DNA from: Bacteriovoracaceae bacterium
Lineage (GTDB): Bacteria; Bdellovibrionota; UBA2428
Direction: 5' to 3'
DNA: 45,068 bases
Assembly (NCBI GenBank): GCA_947467125.1
Contig: CANIGN010000002.1
Span: 1 to 45,068 of the forward strand
Below, piece by piece: positions 25,271 through 34,869 of the stretch (positions are counted from its first letter, which is position 1; each line of letters opens with the position of its first letter). The notes under the pieces were generated by a model that was not told the DNA's origin, did no database searches, and was given only the letters and a program-made list of their open reading frames with translations. Position numbers and translations under genes: made by a program.

Positions 25271-28204
25271 CTACCGGCTGCTGTATGGGGGAAGAGAGAG
25301 TTTTTGCTTGAGTTCAGCTGCATCGCTTGCCTGAGGCAAAAGATACAAATATTTCTCAAAATTTAATTTTGCCAAAGGATATTGCCCTTGGGAATCATAT
25401 ATATTGCCCAAAATCCTATAAGGCTCCGCTTCGTTTGGATTTAATTTAACGGCCAAATTCGCATTTCTAAGGGCACCGGGAGGGTCTCCCATAGCGACAT
25501 AAGCCTGAGCCAGACGTGTAAGAACCCTAGGATCACTTTGAAAATCTTGGCTAAAAAGCTTAAATATTGCAGGAACTTGAGCGGGTATATTGCTTTCAAG
25601 AAAGAACTCAGCGGCCTCCAAAAAGCTCTCAATAACTCCAGGCCTGACATTGACCTCTTTAAAATACATATCTTTTGCTTTTTCGATTTGCCCTGCTTTT
25701 TTATACGCTCGTGCAGCCTTGAGAAAAAGCTCAGGAAACTCATTATCCTGAGTTCCGGCATCAATATAGCTTTGAGCAGCCTCCACATAACGCTTGTCTT
25801 TCATATAAAGATCCCCAATATGAATAGAAGAACGGGCTCTTTGTGGCTCTAATTTTCGAGCTTCATTGTACATAACAAGTGCTTCGTTTGAGAGAGCCCT
25901 TCGCTCATAAACTTCTCCAAGAAGAATTTTCAAGCTCGGACTTTGTGGATTATCGACAACATCTTTTTCTGCAATTTTAAGTGCTTCTTGGGTTTGATCA
26001 GCATCAAGCAAGGCTCTGATATACTCTTCTCGAGCGATAGCTGTTTGCGAAAATCGTTCAACAAACTGAGCAAATTCTCTCAAAGAGGCATCGAGGGCAA
26101 GGTTTGCTTTGACTCGACATCGATAATTAATGATTTGAGACCGGAGCTTCAGAGGTCCCGAACTGTTGTATTGAGCTAACTGCGAATAACGAACGCATTC
26201 TGTATATTTTTCAAGCTCAAAAGCACCACGCGCAATAAAGTACTGGCTCAATCCATCTTGGGGGTTCATTTCTAAAAAGAGTTTTAAATTTTCCGATCCT
26301 TTTTCATAATCTTGACCGACCATATAAAGGATTCCCTCTGCTTTAAGTTGTTCTTTTTTGATATTATTAAAAGATCCTGAAAAAGTTTTTCCTAAAATAT
26401 TGGAGGCATTCTCAAAACGAAAGCGCTCGCCTTCGAACCAAATTCTTAAAGTTTTAATTTCCACATCAAAGGGAAAAGTCTTTTCCAAAAGTCTTAACTG
26501 TCTCTCTGCAAGTCCCCAATTTTTATCAAGAAGAGGACCCGTCACGACAGATATCAAATTCTCTTTGGCTTTGGGAGAAGCTTCTGAAACAACTTGAAAA
26601 GAGGAGCGTTCAATATTGTTCATTTCATTTTGCTCAAAAGCTTTTTTATAGTTTTCCAATAAAAGAGAAAAACGGAAAAAAGGATCGTCTAAATCAAGCG
26701 CTTTAGATGAATCTTCAAAAGATCCCTTCTGAATAACTTCTACTGTTTCAACAATTCGAGTAGGGTCACCCAATAGGGAATCTTTTACAAATTGAGCATA
26801 TTGCTTCCAATAAAACTCCTGCAAAACGCGAGGATATAGAGATAATTCACAAAACCCTGTGAAAAAATAACGATTGGGGATTTGAGGATTTCCTCGATAT
26901 TTTAAAACATTGTATTGAGCAATCAAATACCACGCTAATAAGGAATGCGCCTCTAAAGAAAAAAGCTCATCTGCTCTTTTGATAAAGTCATCTGAGAAAC
27001 TTTCTCCATTAAAACTTTTTCTAAATTTTTCTTCTTTTTCTGCTCTCAATGGTAAATTGGCAAGGTCCTCATCTTTAAAAGGAGTTTGAACTCTTATTGT
27101 TTGGCGGAATTCAGGCATAAGAGATGCCCAATATGAAATATCTCTTATGAAAATTTTAACGGGAAGTATTTTTTGTGAAATAGCCTCTGCAGTTTTCAAA
27201 GACTTATCCACATCCCCCGCTAAAAAGAAATCAAGCGCCATGAAAAGTTGCTTAATCTCCTCTGGCAATTTCATCTTGCTTTCAATTGATGAAAGAAGCG
27301 CCTTTGAAGCTTCTTTAAACTGAGTCGCTTTTTGAGGATCCGCAACGGAAACAGCGTCAGATACAATTCGAAAAGTCCATGCTTTTATAACCCAAGCACT
27401 TCCACTTAATTGAGCATTTACATCTGCTTCATTTTCATCAACAGTCATCAAAAGGTCATGCAGGCTCAAAGGTAAAGTTTTTAATTTTTCAAAATCATAA
27501 GTAAGGGCTGCAGAAGGAAAACTCAGTTGAGGTAACAAGCGTAAACGTAAAAGAAGAGGTCTAAAGTACCCTTTTTTAAAATCGAACTTATATTCGAGAT
27601 TTGTATTTTGAGTATTCTTTTCTCGTGTTCCACCAAAATAATCGGAAGCAAAATAAGCTCCCACTAAAAGAAGAATTACAAAGAACAAGCCCTGAAACTT
27701 TTTTGGAGCTTTTCGTACTGAACCTGAGAGATCCTCAAAACTTTTAATCCCACTAGAGCCACTTTCTTTTTGAGCTGCTTGAGGAGTAGATTGATTCTTG
27801 GATATAGGAATTGAAAATTCATTGCTTTGAGGATCCTTAAAAGCGTCTCTCTGTCGAGAGCTTGTATTTTGTGAATCTTTATTCAACTGAATTCTTTCTG
27901 TTGAATCGAAATTGGAATCAGCCTTATTTTCGGCCGAATCACTCCATCCTTTTTTAGAAGATCCCTTATCGGAAACCTTTGTATTTCCTGCTTTTACGCC
28001 AAACTGAACTTCTTGTATCAAATCAAAGAACTCTGTATCTGATCCTATAGGCTTCCATTGGCCTTCGCTTTCTAAAAAAATTTCTTCCGAGCCTTCAAGT
28101 CTTCCTTTTCTAATAAGCTTTATAACTTCAAGACGAGAATAGGGACCTTTAATTTTCCCAGAAGAAACTCTTATACGAATACGTTCTTCAAATTTTGTAT
28201 CCAT
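25271..28204 (-). CDS. Large membrane-anchored protein: N-terminal GYF_2 (DUF4339)-like domain, one TM, TPR-repeat body
   Basis: The N-terminus GKIKGPYSRLEVIKLIRKGRLEGSEEIFLESEGQWKPIG resembles a GYF_2 domain. A low-complexity linker and the TM FFVILLLVGAYFA follow. About 750 aa then carry repeated TPR-like 34-mers, for example YERRALSNEALVMYNEARKLEP and GQYPLAKLNFEKYLYLLP. Confidence 0.6.
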   Translation of the reverse strand: MDTKFEERIRIRVSSGKIKGPYSRLEVIKLIRKGRLEGSEEIFLESEGQWKPIGSDTEFFDLIQEVQFGVKAGNTKVSDKGSSKKGWSDSAENKADSNFDSTERIQLNKDSQNTSSRQRDAFKDPQSNEFSIPISKNQSTPQAAQKESGSSGIKSFEDLSGSVRKAPKKFQGLFFVILLLVGAYFASDYFGGTREKNTQNTNLEYKFDFKKGYFRPLLLRLRLLPQLSFPSAALTYDFEKLKTLPLSLHDLLMTVDENEADVNAQLSGSAWVIKAWTFRIVSDAVSVADPQKATQFKEASKALLSSIESKMKLPEEIKQLFMALDFFLAGDVDKSLKTAEAISQKILPVKIFIRDISYWASLMPEFRQTIRVQTPFKDEDLANLPLRAEKEEKFRKSFNGESFSDDFIKRADELFSLEAHSLLAWYLIAQYNVLKYRGNPQIPNRYFFTGFCELSLYPRVLQEFYWKQYAQFVKDSLLGDPTRIVETVEVIQKGSFEDSSKALDLDDPFFRFSLLLENYKKAFEQNEMNNIERSSFQVVSEASPKAKENLISVVTGPLLDKNWGLAERQLRLLEKTFPFDVEIKTLRIWFEGERFRFENASNILGKTFSGSFNNIKKEQLKAEGILYMVGQDYEKGSENLKLFLEMNPQDGLSQYFIARGAFELEKYTECVRYSQLAQYNSSGPLKLRSQIINYRCRVKANLALDASLREFAQFVERFSQTAIAREEYIRALLDADQTQEALKIAEKDVVDNPQSPSLKILLGEVYERRALSNEALVMYNEARKLEPQRARSSIHIGDLYMKDKRYVEAAQSYIDAGTQDNEFPELFLKAARAYKKAGQIEKAKDMYFKEVNVRPGVIESFLEAAEFFLESNIPAQVPAIFKLFSQDFQSDPRVLTRLAQAYVAMGDPPGALRNANLAVKLNPNEAEPYRILGNIYDSQGQYPLAKLNFEKYLYLLPQASDAAELKQKLSLPPYSSR

Positions 28205-28264
28205 GATTTACCACTGCCCTCATGAATATGATAACCGAGAACTAAGTCAGATTGATGAAAGATC

Positions 28265-29599
28265 TTAGATTATTACGCTACGCTTTTCGGCAAAAAAGAG
28301 CTTACCTGCTATACGAATATAATAAGCTACACCCATCAAGGTTCCCAAAAGAGCCCACATCACGAGTGGTCGATAACCTTGAGCCCACAAGTCTGAAAAC
28401 AACCAATACTTTGCAAAAAAACCAGGCAAAGGGGGAATACCTGCTAAAGAAAAAAGCCCTGCTGCTAAAATAAAACTTTGAAATTTACTTTGCTGACTAT
28501 CCTTTAAATTTAATTCTTCGGGATCTAAGTCTCCATTTGCATCAAGATTTCGGTTTTTCAAAAGACTTGAAAAAGCACTCAAGATCAAAGCGAGCGTCAG
28601 TCCATAAACAAAAAGAAAAAAGATGCCCGATGAAAGAGTCTCTTTTCCAAGCACCATCAATGGAGCAAGGGCTCCAGCATTCACAGTCCCAGAATAAGCT
28701 AGCATGCGTCTGAATGAACGCTGAGTAAAAGCAAGGAGACTTCCCACTAAAATACTGAGGGTTCCGGCAATGACTGCAAAATTCATCAAGTCATTTCTTA
28801 AATAAAATTCCGTTTCAGAAAATGCCAAGGCTGCTGAAACAAAAATACTCAATTTTGTGCCAGCTGCTAAAAAAGCAGCAACGCCCATGGGAGCTCCTTG
28901 ATAAACATCGGGAGCCCAAAAGTGAAAAGGAACAATTGTCATTTTGAAAAAAATTCCAACCAACAAAAAAGCCAAGGCAAGTGTCGAAAGAATATGAGAA
29001 GGAAAATGGCCCTGCAAAGAAGAGTAATCTACTGTTCCTGAGCAAAGATAAACAAGAGCAATGCCCATCAATAAGAGAGCAGAGGCAAAAGCTCCTGTGA
29101 GCATATATTTCAAAGAAGCTTCTAAGCTTCGTTCTCGATTTGTGTCATATCCAGCCAAAATATAAGAAGGGATAGAGAAGAATTCTAAAAACACAAAAAA
29201 GCTAATCCAATTATGAGAAGCAGGGAGCAAACTAAGTCCCATAACGGCTAATATCAAAAGAGCTAACCATTCCGGGCGATTTGCATAGCGCTTTGAAACA
29301 TCAAACAAAACAAAACTTGTAAGAGCAAAGAGAGAAACCAAAGCTCCCACAATTCGAGAAAAATGGGTGATATGTAATCCCAAAACAACTGAATCTGCTT
29401 CTAAAAAAGTAAAAGACCAAGTTGTGATCGCTAAAGAAAAAACAAGTATTCCAATTATTTTAAAAAACTTTGAAGATAATTTTAATCCCGCTCCAATCAC
29501 AGAAAGAGCAAATCCAAAAGATAAAAGCAATAAAGGAAAAAGATCTGATAACTGCTCAGAGGTTATTTCAAAAATTTTACTTTGAAAGAATTCGTTCAT
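28265..29599 (-). CDS. nuoN: NADH-quinone oxidoreductase subunit N (set 1)
   Basis: Antiporter-like with about 13 TM segments. It has the FWAPDVYQGAP motif and is the last gene of the operon. Confidence 0.85.
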   Translation of the reverse strand: MNEFFQSKIFEITSEQLSDLFPLLLLSFGFALSVIGAGLKLSSKFFKIIGILVFSLAITTWSFTFLEADSVVLGLHITHFSRIVGALVSLFALTSFVLFDVSKRYANRPEWLALLILAVMGLSLLPASHNWISFFVFLEFFSIPSYILAGYDTNRERSLEASLKYMLTGAFASALLLMGIALVYLCSGTVDYSSLQGHFPSHILSTLALAFLLVGIFFKMTIVPFHFWAPDVYQGAPMGVAAFLAAGTKLSIFVSAALAFSETEFYLRNDLMNFAVIAGTLSILVGSLLAFTQRSFRRMLAYSGTVNAGALAPLMVLGKETLSSGIFFLFVYGLTLALILSAFSSLLKNRNLDANGDLDPEELNLKDSQQSKFQSFILAAGLFSLAGIPPLPGFFAKYWLFSDLWAQGYRPLVMWALLGTLMGVAYYIRIAGKLFFAEKRSVII

Positions 29600-29608
29600 G
29601 ATTCATCC

Positions 29609-31036
29609 TTACTTCACGGGAATGGATCCATTGATCCAAGCTAATAAAAACTGTGGTGCTAAACCTAAAAGAGCAAGCCCTACTAAAAATGGAAAAATGG
29701 AAACATACTCGTTCCACTTCAAAGAAATAGGATGAGATTCAACAAGGGGAGAGACTTTTCCAAAAACCAAGCCTTTTACAAGTTGAAGCGTATACATGGC
29801 ACCCAAAACAACTCCCATAAGAGGCAACAAAACCCACCACCCTTTTTGCAAGAATGTTCCCGATAAGATCAAAAACTCTCCTACAAAGCCTGGTAACCCT
29901 GGCAAAGCAACGCTCGCCATAGAGGCAAAAACAAAAGTAAAAGCTAAAAAGCGATTTGTTGAGGCAAGACCACCGTACTCGTCTAATTTTCGAGAATGAG
30001 TACGATCGTAAATCATTCCAAAACTTAAGAATAAGAGTCCTGTACTCAGACCGTGGGCAAAATTTTGAAAAAATGCACCAGACTGTGCTGTTGCATTAGT
30101 AGAGATTGCACCTAAAACAACAAAACCCAAATGCGCGACTGAAGAATAAGCAATCATTCGCTTAATGTCTGTCTGGCGAAGAGCTCCGTAACTTCCCAAA
30201 ATAATTCCGATAACAGAAGCAGCAAATAATAAATCAGTAGAGTTCCAATAAAGAGTTGGGAACACCTGAAGAACCCAGCGAAGCATTCCATAAACCCCGA
30301 GCTTCAACAAAATACCAGCGAGCATGACAGAAACACCCGTAGGAGCTTCTGTGTGAGCATCAGGCAACCACGTATGTAAAGGCCACACAGGAACCTTCAC
30401 CAAGAAGGCCAATAAAAAAGCCCAGCCTAACCAGGGAGCAGCAGCACTTAACATCTCTGCGTTTCGTGAAAGCTCAGACCATGCAAGAGATTGAACTTCC
30501 GTTTTTGTAACAATGAAGAAAATCCCCGCAAGAAGAGCCAGCGATCCTGCAAGAGTCATGGAAAAAAACTTCAAAGCTGCATAAACACGATTTTCTGAAC
30601 CCCATATTCCAATAAGAAAGAATAAAGGAATAAGCATAAACTCCCAGAAAATATAAAAAAGAAACGCATCTGCGGCCAAAAGCGATCCAATGGTTCCAAA
30701 ATTTAAAAGCTGAAATAAAATCAAAAAGCTCTGCGAAATTTTGGAATGCCCTAGGAAATAAAAACTCAAAGAAAAACTTAAGAAAATAGTTAAAGCAATA
30801 AGCGAAACGTTTAACGTATCAGCGCCCAAAACCAATGCACTTTTAAAAAGCGGAAAAGTTCCGTAAGTTTCCATTAATCCAAAGGGAGCTCCCGAAGGAG
30901 TCACTTTTATCAATTCAATCAAAAAAAACACCCAAGGAAGATGAAGCAAAAGATTCACCCACTGAGCCCAGTTTTGTTTTCTAAAAGGAACAAGGACAAG
31001 AATACTTAAGAGCGGCCAAAAAAGAATGCTTACCAT
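29609..31036 (-). CDS. nuoM: NADH-quinone oxidoreductase subunit M (set 1)
   Basis: WLPDAHTEAPTGVSVMLAGILLKLG is present. The start is either 31036 (7-nt overlap with nuoL) or 31054. Confidence 0.88.
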   Translation of the reverse strand: MVSILFWPLLSILVLVPFRKQNWAQWVNLLLHLPWVFFLIELIKVTPSGAPFGLMETYGTFPLFKSALVLGADTLNVSLIALTIFLSFSLSFYFLGHSKISQSFLILFQLLNFGTIGSLLAADAFLFYIFWEFMLIPLFFLIGIWGSENRVYAALKFFSMTLAGSLALLAGIFFIVTKTEVQSLAWSELSRNAEMLSAAAPWLGWAFLLAFLVKVPVWPLHTWLPDAHTEAPTGVSVMLAGILLKLGVYGMLRWVLQVFPTLYWNSTDLLFAASVIGIILGSYGALRQTDIKRMIAYSSVAHLGFVVLGAISTNATAQSGAFFQNFAHGLSTGLLFLSFGMIYDRTHSRKLDEYGGLASTNRFLAFTFVFASMASVALPGLPGFVGEFLILSGTFLQKGWWVLLPLMGVVLGAMYTLQLVKGLVFGKVSPLVESHPISLKWNEYVSIFPFLVGLALLGLAPQFLLAWINGSIPVK

Positions 31037-32928
31037 ACGTTTACAACTCCCCACACAACCAAAAGACCCAAGAGCATCAAAAGAGCATAGCTTTGAACTG
31101 AGCCCGTATGAAAGATTGAAGCAAGCTGTCCTGTGATTCTGTAAGAAGCAAAACTTCCATGTAAAGTTCCATTCACTCCATACTCATCAATCCAAAGACT
31201 TAAACAGGTCCCAATTTTTCTAAGGGGCTTTAAGATAAAAGAATCATAAATCTCATCCACGTAAAATTTATTGAAAGATAACTTCCACGCAAAATTTTCT
31301 GAAGACGTAACAGGTCCTTTTTTGTATTTCACGTATGCAAAAAAAGCAGATGCGAGAGAAGCAATTGTCGCGATTCCCATCAAAAGCCACTCTGTTGCAG
31401 CTTCAACTTCGTGGCCCTCAACAGCTTTCGCTCCTGAGCTTTCAACCCAATGAGAAAAATACTGCAAATGCCCCCACATATGAGGAATCTCAAGCCAGCC
31501 CACAAATAGAGAAAGCAGACTTAAAATCATAAGAGGAACAATCATCATTGCTGAACTTTCATGAGCATGTTCAGCCTCGTGACTTCGAGGAGTTGACGAG
31601 AAAGTCAGGAAGTAAGAGCGGAACATATAAAAAGAAGTGAGCATCGCTGCCAATAGCAAGAGCCCATATCCAAGCACACCTCTAGACTCAAAAACTTTTG
31701 TTAAAATAAGATCCTTCGAAAAAAATCCAGACGTAAAGGGAAAGCCCGCAATCGCAACACACCCCACAAGATAGGCCACATGGGACCAAGGCATTTTTTT
31801 TCTAAGACCGCCCATTTTAAAAATATCTTTCTCATCGTGCATTCCATGAATCACAGAACCTGCCGTTAAGAAAAGAAGAGCTTTAAAACACGCATGAGTC
31901 ACGACATGAAAGAATGCCGCCGTTGGAGCTCCCGCTCCCAAAGCTGCAAACATAAAACCTAATTGCGAAACTGTTGAATAAGCTAAAACTTTTTTCAAAT
32001 CTCTTTGAGTAAGAGCCATCAGAGCAGCAAGCAATGCTGTTGAAAGCGCTACCCAAAAAATTACTGAGAGAACTTCTGTTTGTGTTGCAAAAATTGGCCA
32101 CAAACGCACAATCACTAATATTCCAGAGGTAACCATAGTCGCTGCGTGGATCAAAGCAGAAACGGGAGTAGGGCCTGCCATCGCATCAGGCAACCAAATA
32201 TACAAAGGAATTTGCGCAGACTTTCCACAAGCTGCCCAAAAAATAGCAAGGGCAAAAACAGTAAGGACCCACACAGGCAAAGCTGCTGCACGACCTGGAT
32301 CGGCAATCCATTCCATAATTCCCGAAACAGAGGATGTTCCAAAGTAGGCAAAAGCCACAAAAAGAGCGACTAAAAATCCTAAGTCGCCCACTCTGTTAGT
32401 CATAAAAGCTTTGATTCCCGCACGAGCATTTTTATCTTCTTCAAACCAAAATCCGATGAGTAAGTAAGAGCAAACGCCTACTCCTTCCCATCCTAAAAAG
32501 ACTCCAATCAAATCGCTCGAAAGAGCAAGAACCAACATAGAAGTCACAAATAAATTTAAATAAGCAAAAAAACGAGCCTGACTTTTATCATGGCTCATAT
32601 AGGAAGTTGCATAAAGATGAATGAGTGTTCCCACACCTGTGATGATAAGCAACATAACACTCATAAAAGGTGTCAGTTCAAATCCCATCTGAGCTTTTAC
32701 ATGTCCGGCTTGAAACCAAAGATAGCCTGGATCTGCAAGCTTTGAAGCTTCAGGAAATTTTAAAAATTGAAGAATCGACACAACAAAAGCAGCAAAACAA
32801 AATGCTGTTGCAAGCAATCCATTCAGCGTAGACTTCAATCTGAACAATCCATTTAAAAGTGCGCCAGCAGCTGGCAATAAAATAATCCAACTCAAAGGAG
32901 CTTCTACAATGTTTAAAACATCCGTCAT
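31030..32928 (-). CDS. nuoL: NADH-quinone oxidoreductase subunit L (set 1)
   Basis: WLPDAMAGPTPVSALIHAATMV and HDEKDIFKMGGLRKKMP are present. At 632 aa it has the C-terminal extension typical of the lateral helix. Confidence 0.92.
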   Translation of the reverse strand: MTDVLNIVEAPLSWIILLPAAGALLNGLFRLKSTLNGLLATAFCFAAFVVSILQFLKFPEASKLADPGYLWFQAGHVKAQMGFELTPFMSVMLLIITGVGTLIHLYATSYMSHDKSQARFFAYLNLFVTSMLVLALSSDLIGVFLGWEGVGVCSYLLIGFWFEEDKNARAGIKAFMTNRVGDLGFLVALFVAFAYFGTSSVSGIMEWIADPGRAAALPVWVLTVFALAIFWAACGKSAQIPLYIWLPDAMAGPTPVSALIHAATMVTSGILVIVRLWPIFATQTEVLSVIFWVALSTALLAALMALTQRDLKKVLAYSTVSQLGFMFAALGAGAPTAAFFHVVTHACFKALLFLTAGSVIHGMHDEKDIFKMGGLRKKMPWSHVAYLVGCVAIAGFPFTSGFFSKDLILTKVFESRGVLGYGLLLLAAMLTSFYMFRSYFLTFSSTPRSHEAEHAHESSAMMIVPLMILSLLSLFVGWLEIPHMWGHLQYFSHWVESSGAKAVEGHEVEAATEWLLMGIATIASLASAFFAYVKYKKGPVTSSENFAWKLSFNKFYVDEIYDSFILKPLRKIGTCLSLWIDEYGVNGTLHGSFASYRITGQLASIFHTGSVQSYALLMLLGLLVVWGVVNVW

Positions 32929-32954
32929 TTATTCAATCCTTTTTTACCCTTCAC

Positions 32955-33260
32955 TTAGCCCTTCAAAGAACGAAAATTCTCAAGAGTGAGTGTTCCGTAT
33001 TTTCTATACAGAATCACAAATATAGAAAGAGCAAGAGCTGCTTCTGCGGCCGCAACGAGCGTCACAAAAAGAACAAGTGAAGTTCCCTCTGCGTTTTTAT
33101 AAATCTGCCCTGCTTGAACAAGAACTAAATTCACCCCGTTAAGCATGAGCTCAATTCCCATCAAAGCCACAACAGCACTTCTTTTTGTAAAAAAAGTAAG
33201 CGCTCCAAAACAAAATAAAAATATCGCGACTGAAAAAATTAATTGTCCTGTTGCGATCAT
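32955..33260 (-). CDS. nuoK: NADH-quinone oxidoreductase subunit K (set 1)
   Basis: 101 aa with 3 TM segments. GIELMLNG and AAAEAALALSI are present. Confidence 0.9.
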   Translation of the reverse strand: MIATGQLIFSVAIFLFCFGALTFFTKRSAVVALMGIELMLNGVNLVLVQAGQIYKNAEGTSLVLFVTLVAAAEAALALSIFVILYRKYGTLTLENFRSLKG

Positions 33261-33799
33261 GAATGCTCCTTTTTCCCGAGATGGCCTCTCGCCAAAACAA
33301 TCGCTCCTAAAATGGCACCAAAAACAAGAAGTCCAGCAGCTTGAAAGGGAACTTGATATTGAGAAAGAAAATATTGAGCGTATTGTGTTGCGCTTAGAAT
33401 TGAAGCACTTGAATCCTCAGTTGCTTTTGGAACAAGGTCAATTGTTCTAAACAAAAACAAAGCAAGAAGTCCCGCTACCAATCCTGAAAAAAGAAAATGG
33501 GGTAACCGACCAGGTAGGTTTTTGAGCTTTTGTGGCTTTAAATCTAAAAGCATCACAATAAAAACAAAAAGAACCGCAATCGCTCCGGCGTAAACCAAGA
33601 TCTGTATAGCTCCGACAAAGAAATTTCCAAGTGAGAAGTATAGGGCCGCAGTTGAAAAAAGAGTTCCCATAAGAGCAACCGCACATGAAATCGGATTGCT
33701 GCTTACAAAAACAATCAACGCAAAAAATATTGCAAAAAAACTCGCAACCCACATGAAAACTGTAGGAGCTCCCGCTATTAAATCAGTTGCTTGATTCAT
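33257..33799 (-). CDS. nuoJ: NADH-quinone oxidoreductase subunit J (set 1)
   Basis: It lies between nuoH and nuoK. TM-rich, with a segment AIQILVYAGAIAVLFVFIVML. I chose the start at 33799 (ATGA overlap with the nuoH stop); the longest ORF runs 72 nt into nuoH. Confidence 0.85.
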   Translation of the reverse strand: MNQATDLIAGAPTVFMWVASFFAIFFALIVFVSSNPISCAVALMGTLFSTAALYFSLGNFFVGAIQILVYAGAIAVLFVFIVMLLDLKPQKLKNLPGRLPHFLFSGLVAGLLALFLFRTIDLVPKATEDSSASILSATQYAQYFLSQYQVPFQAAGLLVFGAILGAIVLARGHLGKKEHS

Positions 33800-34869
33800 A
33801 CAGACCTCAAATAACTCACAATCATCGTGATAAAAATATTTAGAACTCCAAGAGGAAGTAAAACCTTCCATCCTAAATGCATCAATTGGTCATAACGAAA
33901 GCGTGGAAGAGTCCATCGAATCCAAACATAAAACCACATGAAAAATAAAACCTTAACCGCAAATGAAACGACTTGAAGGGCACATGTTGCTGCAGATGCC
34001 ATCGTTAGCGTCATCTCTTTTGCTAAGAAAAAATTCCTGATTGTTTCTTCTGAGAGAAAAGGGACGTTATAACCTCCTAAGAAGAGAGTCGTTAAAAAAG
34101 CAGACGCGACAAACATCGCTGCATATTCACCCATAAAAAAGAGAGCAAACTTCATTCCGGAATATTCTGTGTGATAACCCGCAACAAGTTCTGATTCTCC
34201 TTCAGGAAGATCGAAAGGCAATCGATTGGTTTCTGCAAAAGCGCATACCCAAAGAATAAAAAAGCTCAAAGGCTGCATAAAAATTCCCCAAGCAGGCAAA
34301 GAAGACCCTGCCTCTTGAAGCTTTACAATTTCACGAAGATCAAGCGTTCCATAAGTGATGACAAGAGCGACGATACAAATTCCAATCGCAATTTCGTAAC
34401 TAATCATCTGTGAGCTTGCACGAAGAGCGCCCATCAAAGAAAACTTATTGTTTGATGCCCATCCCGCAGTGAGAACGGAGAAAACGTGCATAGAATTAAT
34501 TGCAAGCAAAAATAAAAGTCCCACACTCATATTTGCCACTTGAACGGGAAACTCAATTCCTTCCAAGTTGATAGATCCCGCCAAAGGAACCACCGTAAAG
34601 GAAATCAATGGAGGAATCACAGCAAGTGCAGGTGCGAGTAAGAACAAAACTTTATGCGCCTTTGCAGGAACGTTTTCTTCTTTGAAAACAAACTTAACAG
34701 CATCCGCCATGGGCTGCATTAAGCCCCAAGGTCCTACGCGATTGGGACCGCTTCGACGTTGCATCCATGCAGAACCACGTCGTTCAACAATAACCATCAA
34801 TGGAACGCCTGTTAGAACAGCCGCTCCTAAGGCAATGGCAACTATGGCTGACCACAGTTCAGCACTCAT
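33796..34869 (-). CDS. nuoH: NADH-quinone oxidoreductase subunit H (set 1)
   Basis: ERRGSAWMQRRSGPNRVGPWGLMQPMADAVKF and ETNRLPFDLPEGESELVAGYHTEYSG are present. Confidence 0.93.
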   Translation of the reverse strand: MSAELWSAIVAIALGAAVLTGVPLMVIVERRGSAWMQRRSGPNRVGPWGLMQPMADAVKFVFKEENVPAKAHKVLFLLAPALAVIPPLISFTVVPLAGSINLEGIEFPVQVANMSVGLLFLLAINSMHVFSVLTAGWASNNKFSLMGALRASSQMISYEIAIGICIVALVITYGTLDLREIVKLQEAGSSLPAWGIFMQPLSFFILWVCAFAETNRLPFDLPEGESELVAGYHTEYSGMKFALFFMGEYAAMFVASAFLTTLFLGGYNVPFLSEETIRNFFLAKEMTLTMASAATCALQVVSFAVKVLFFMWFYVWIRWTLPRFRYDQLMHLGWKVLLPLGVLNIFITMIVSYLRSV

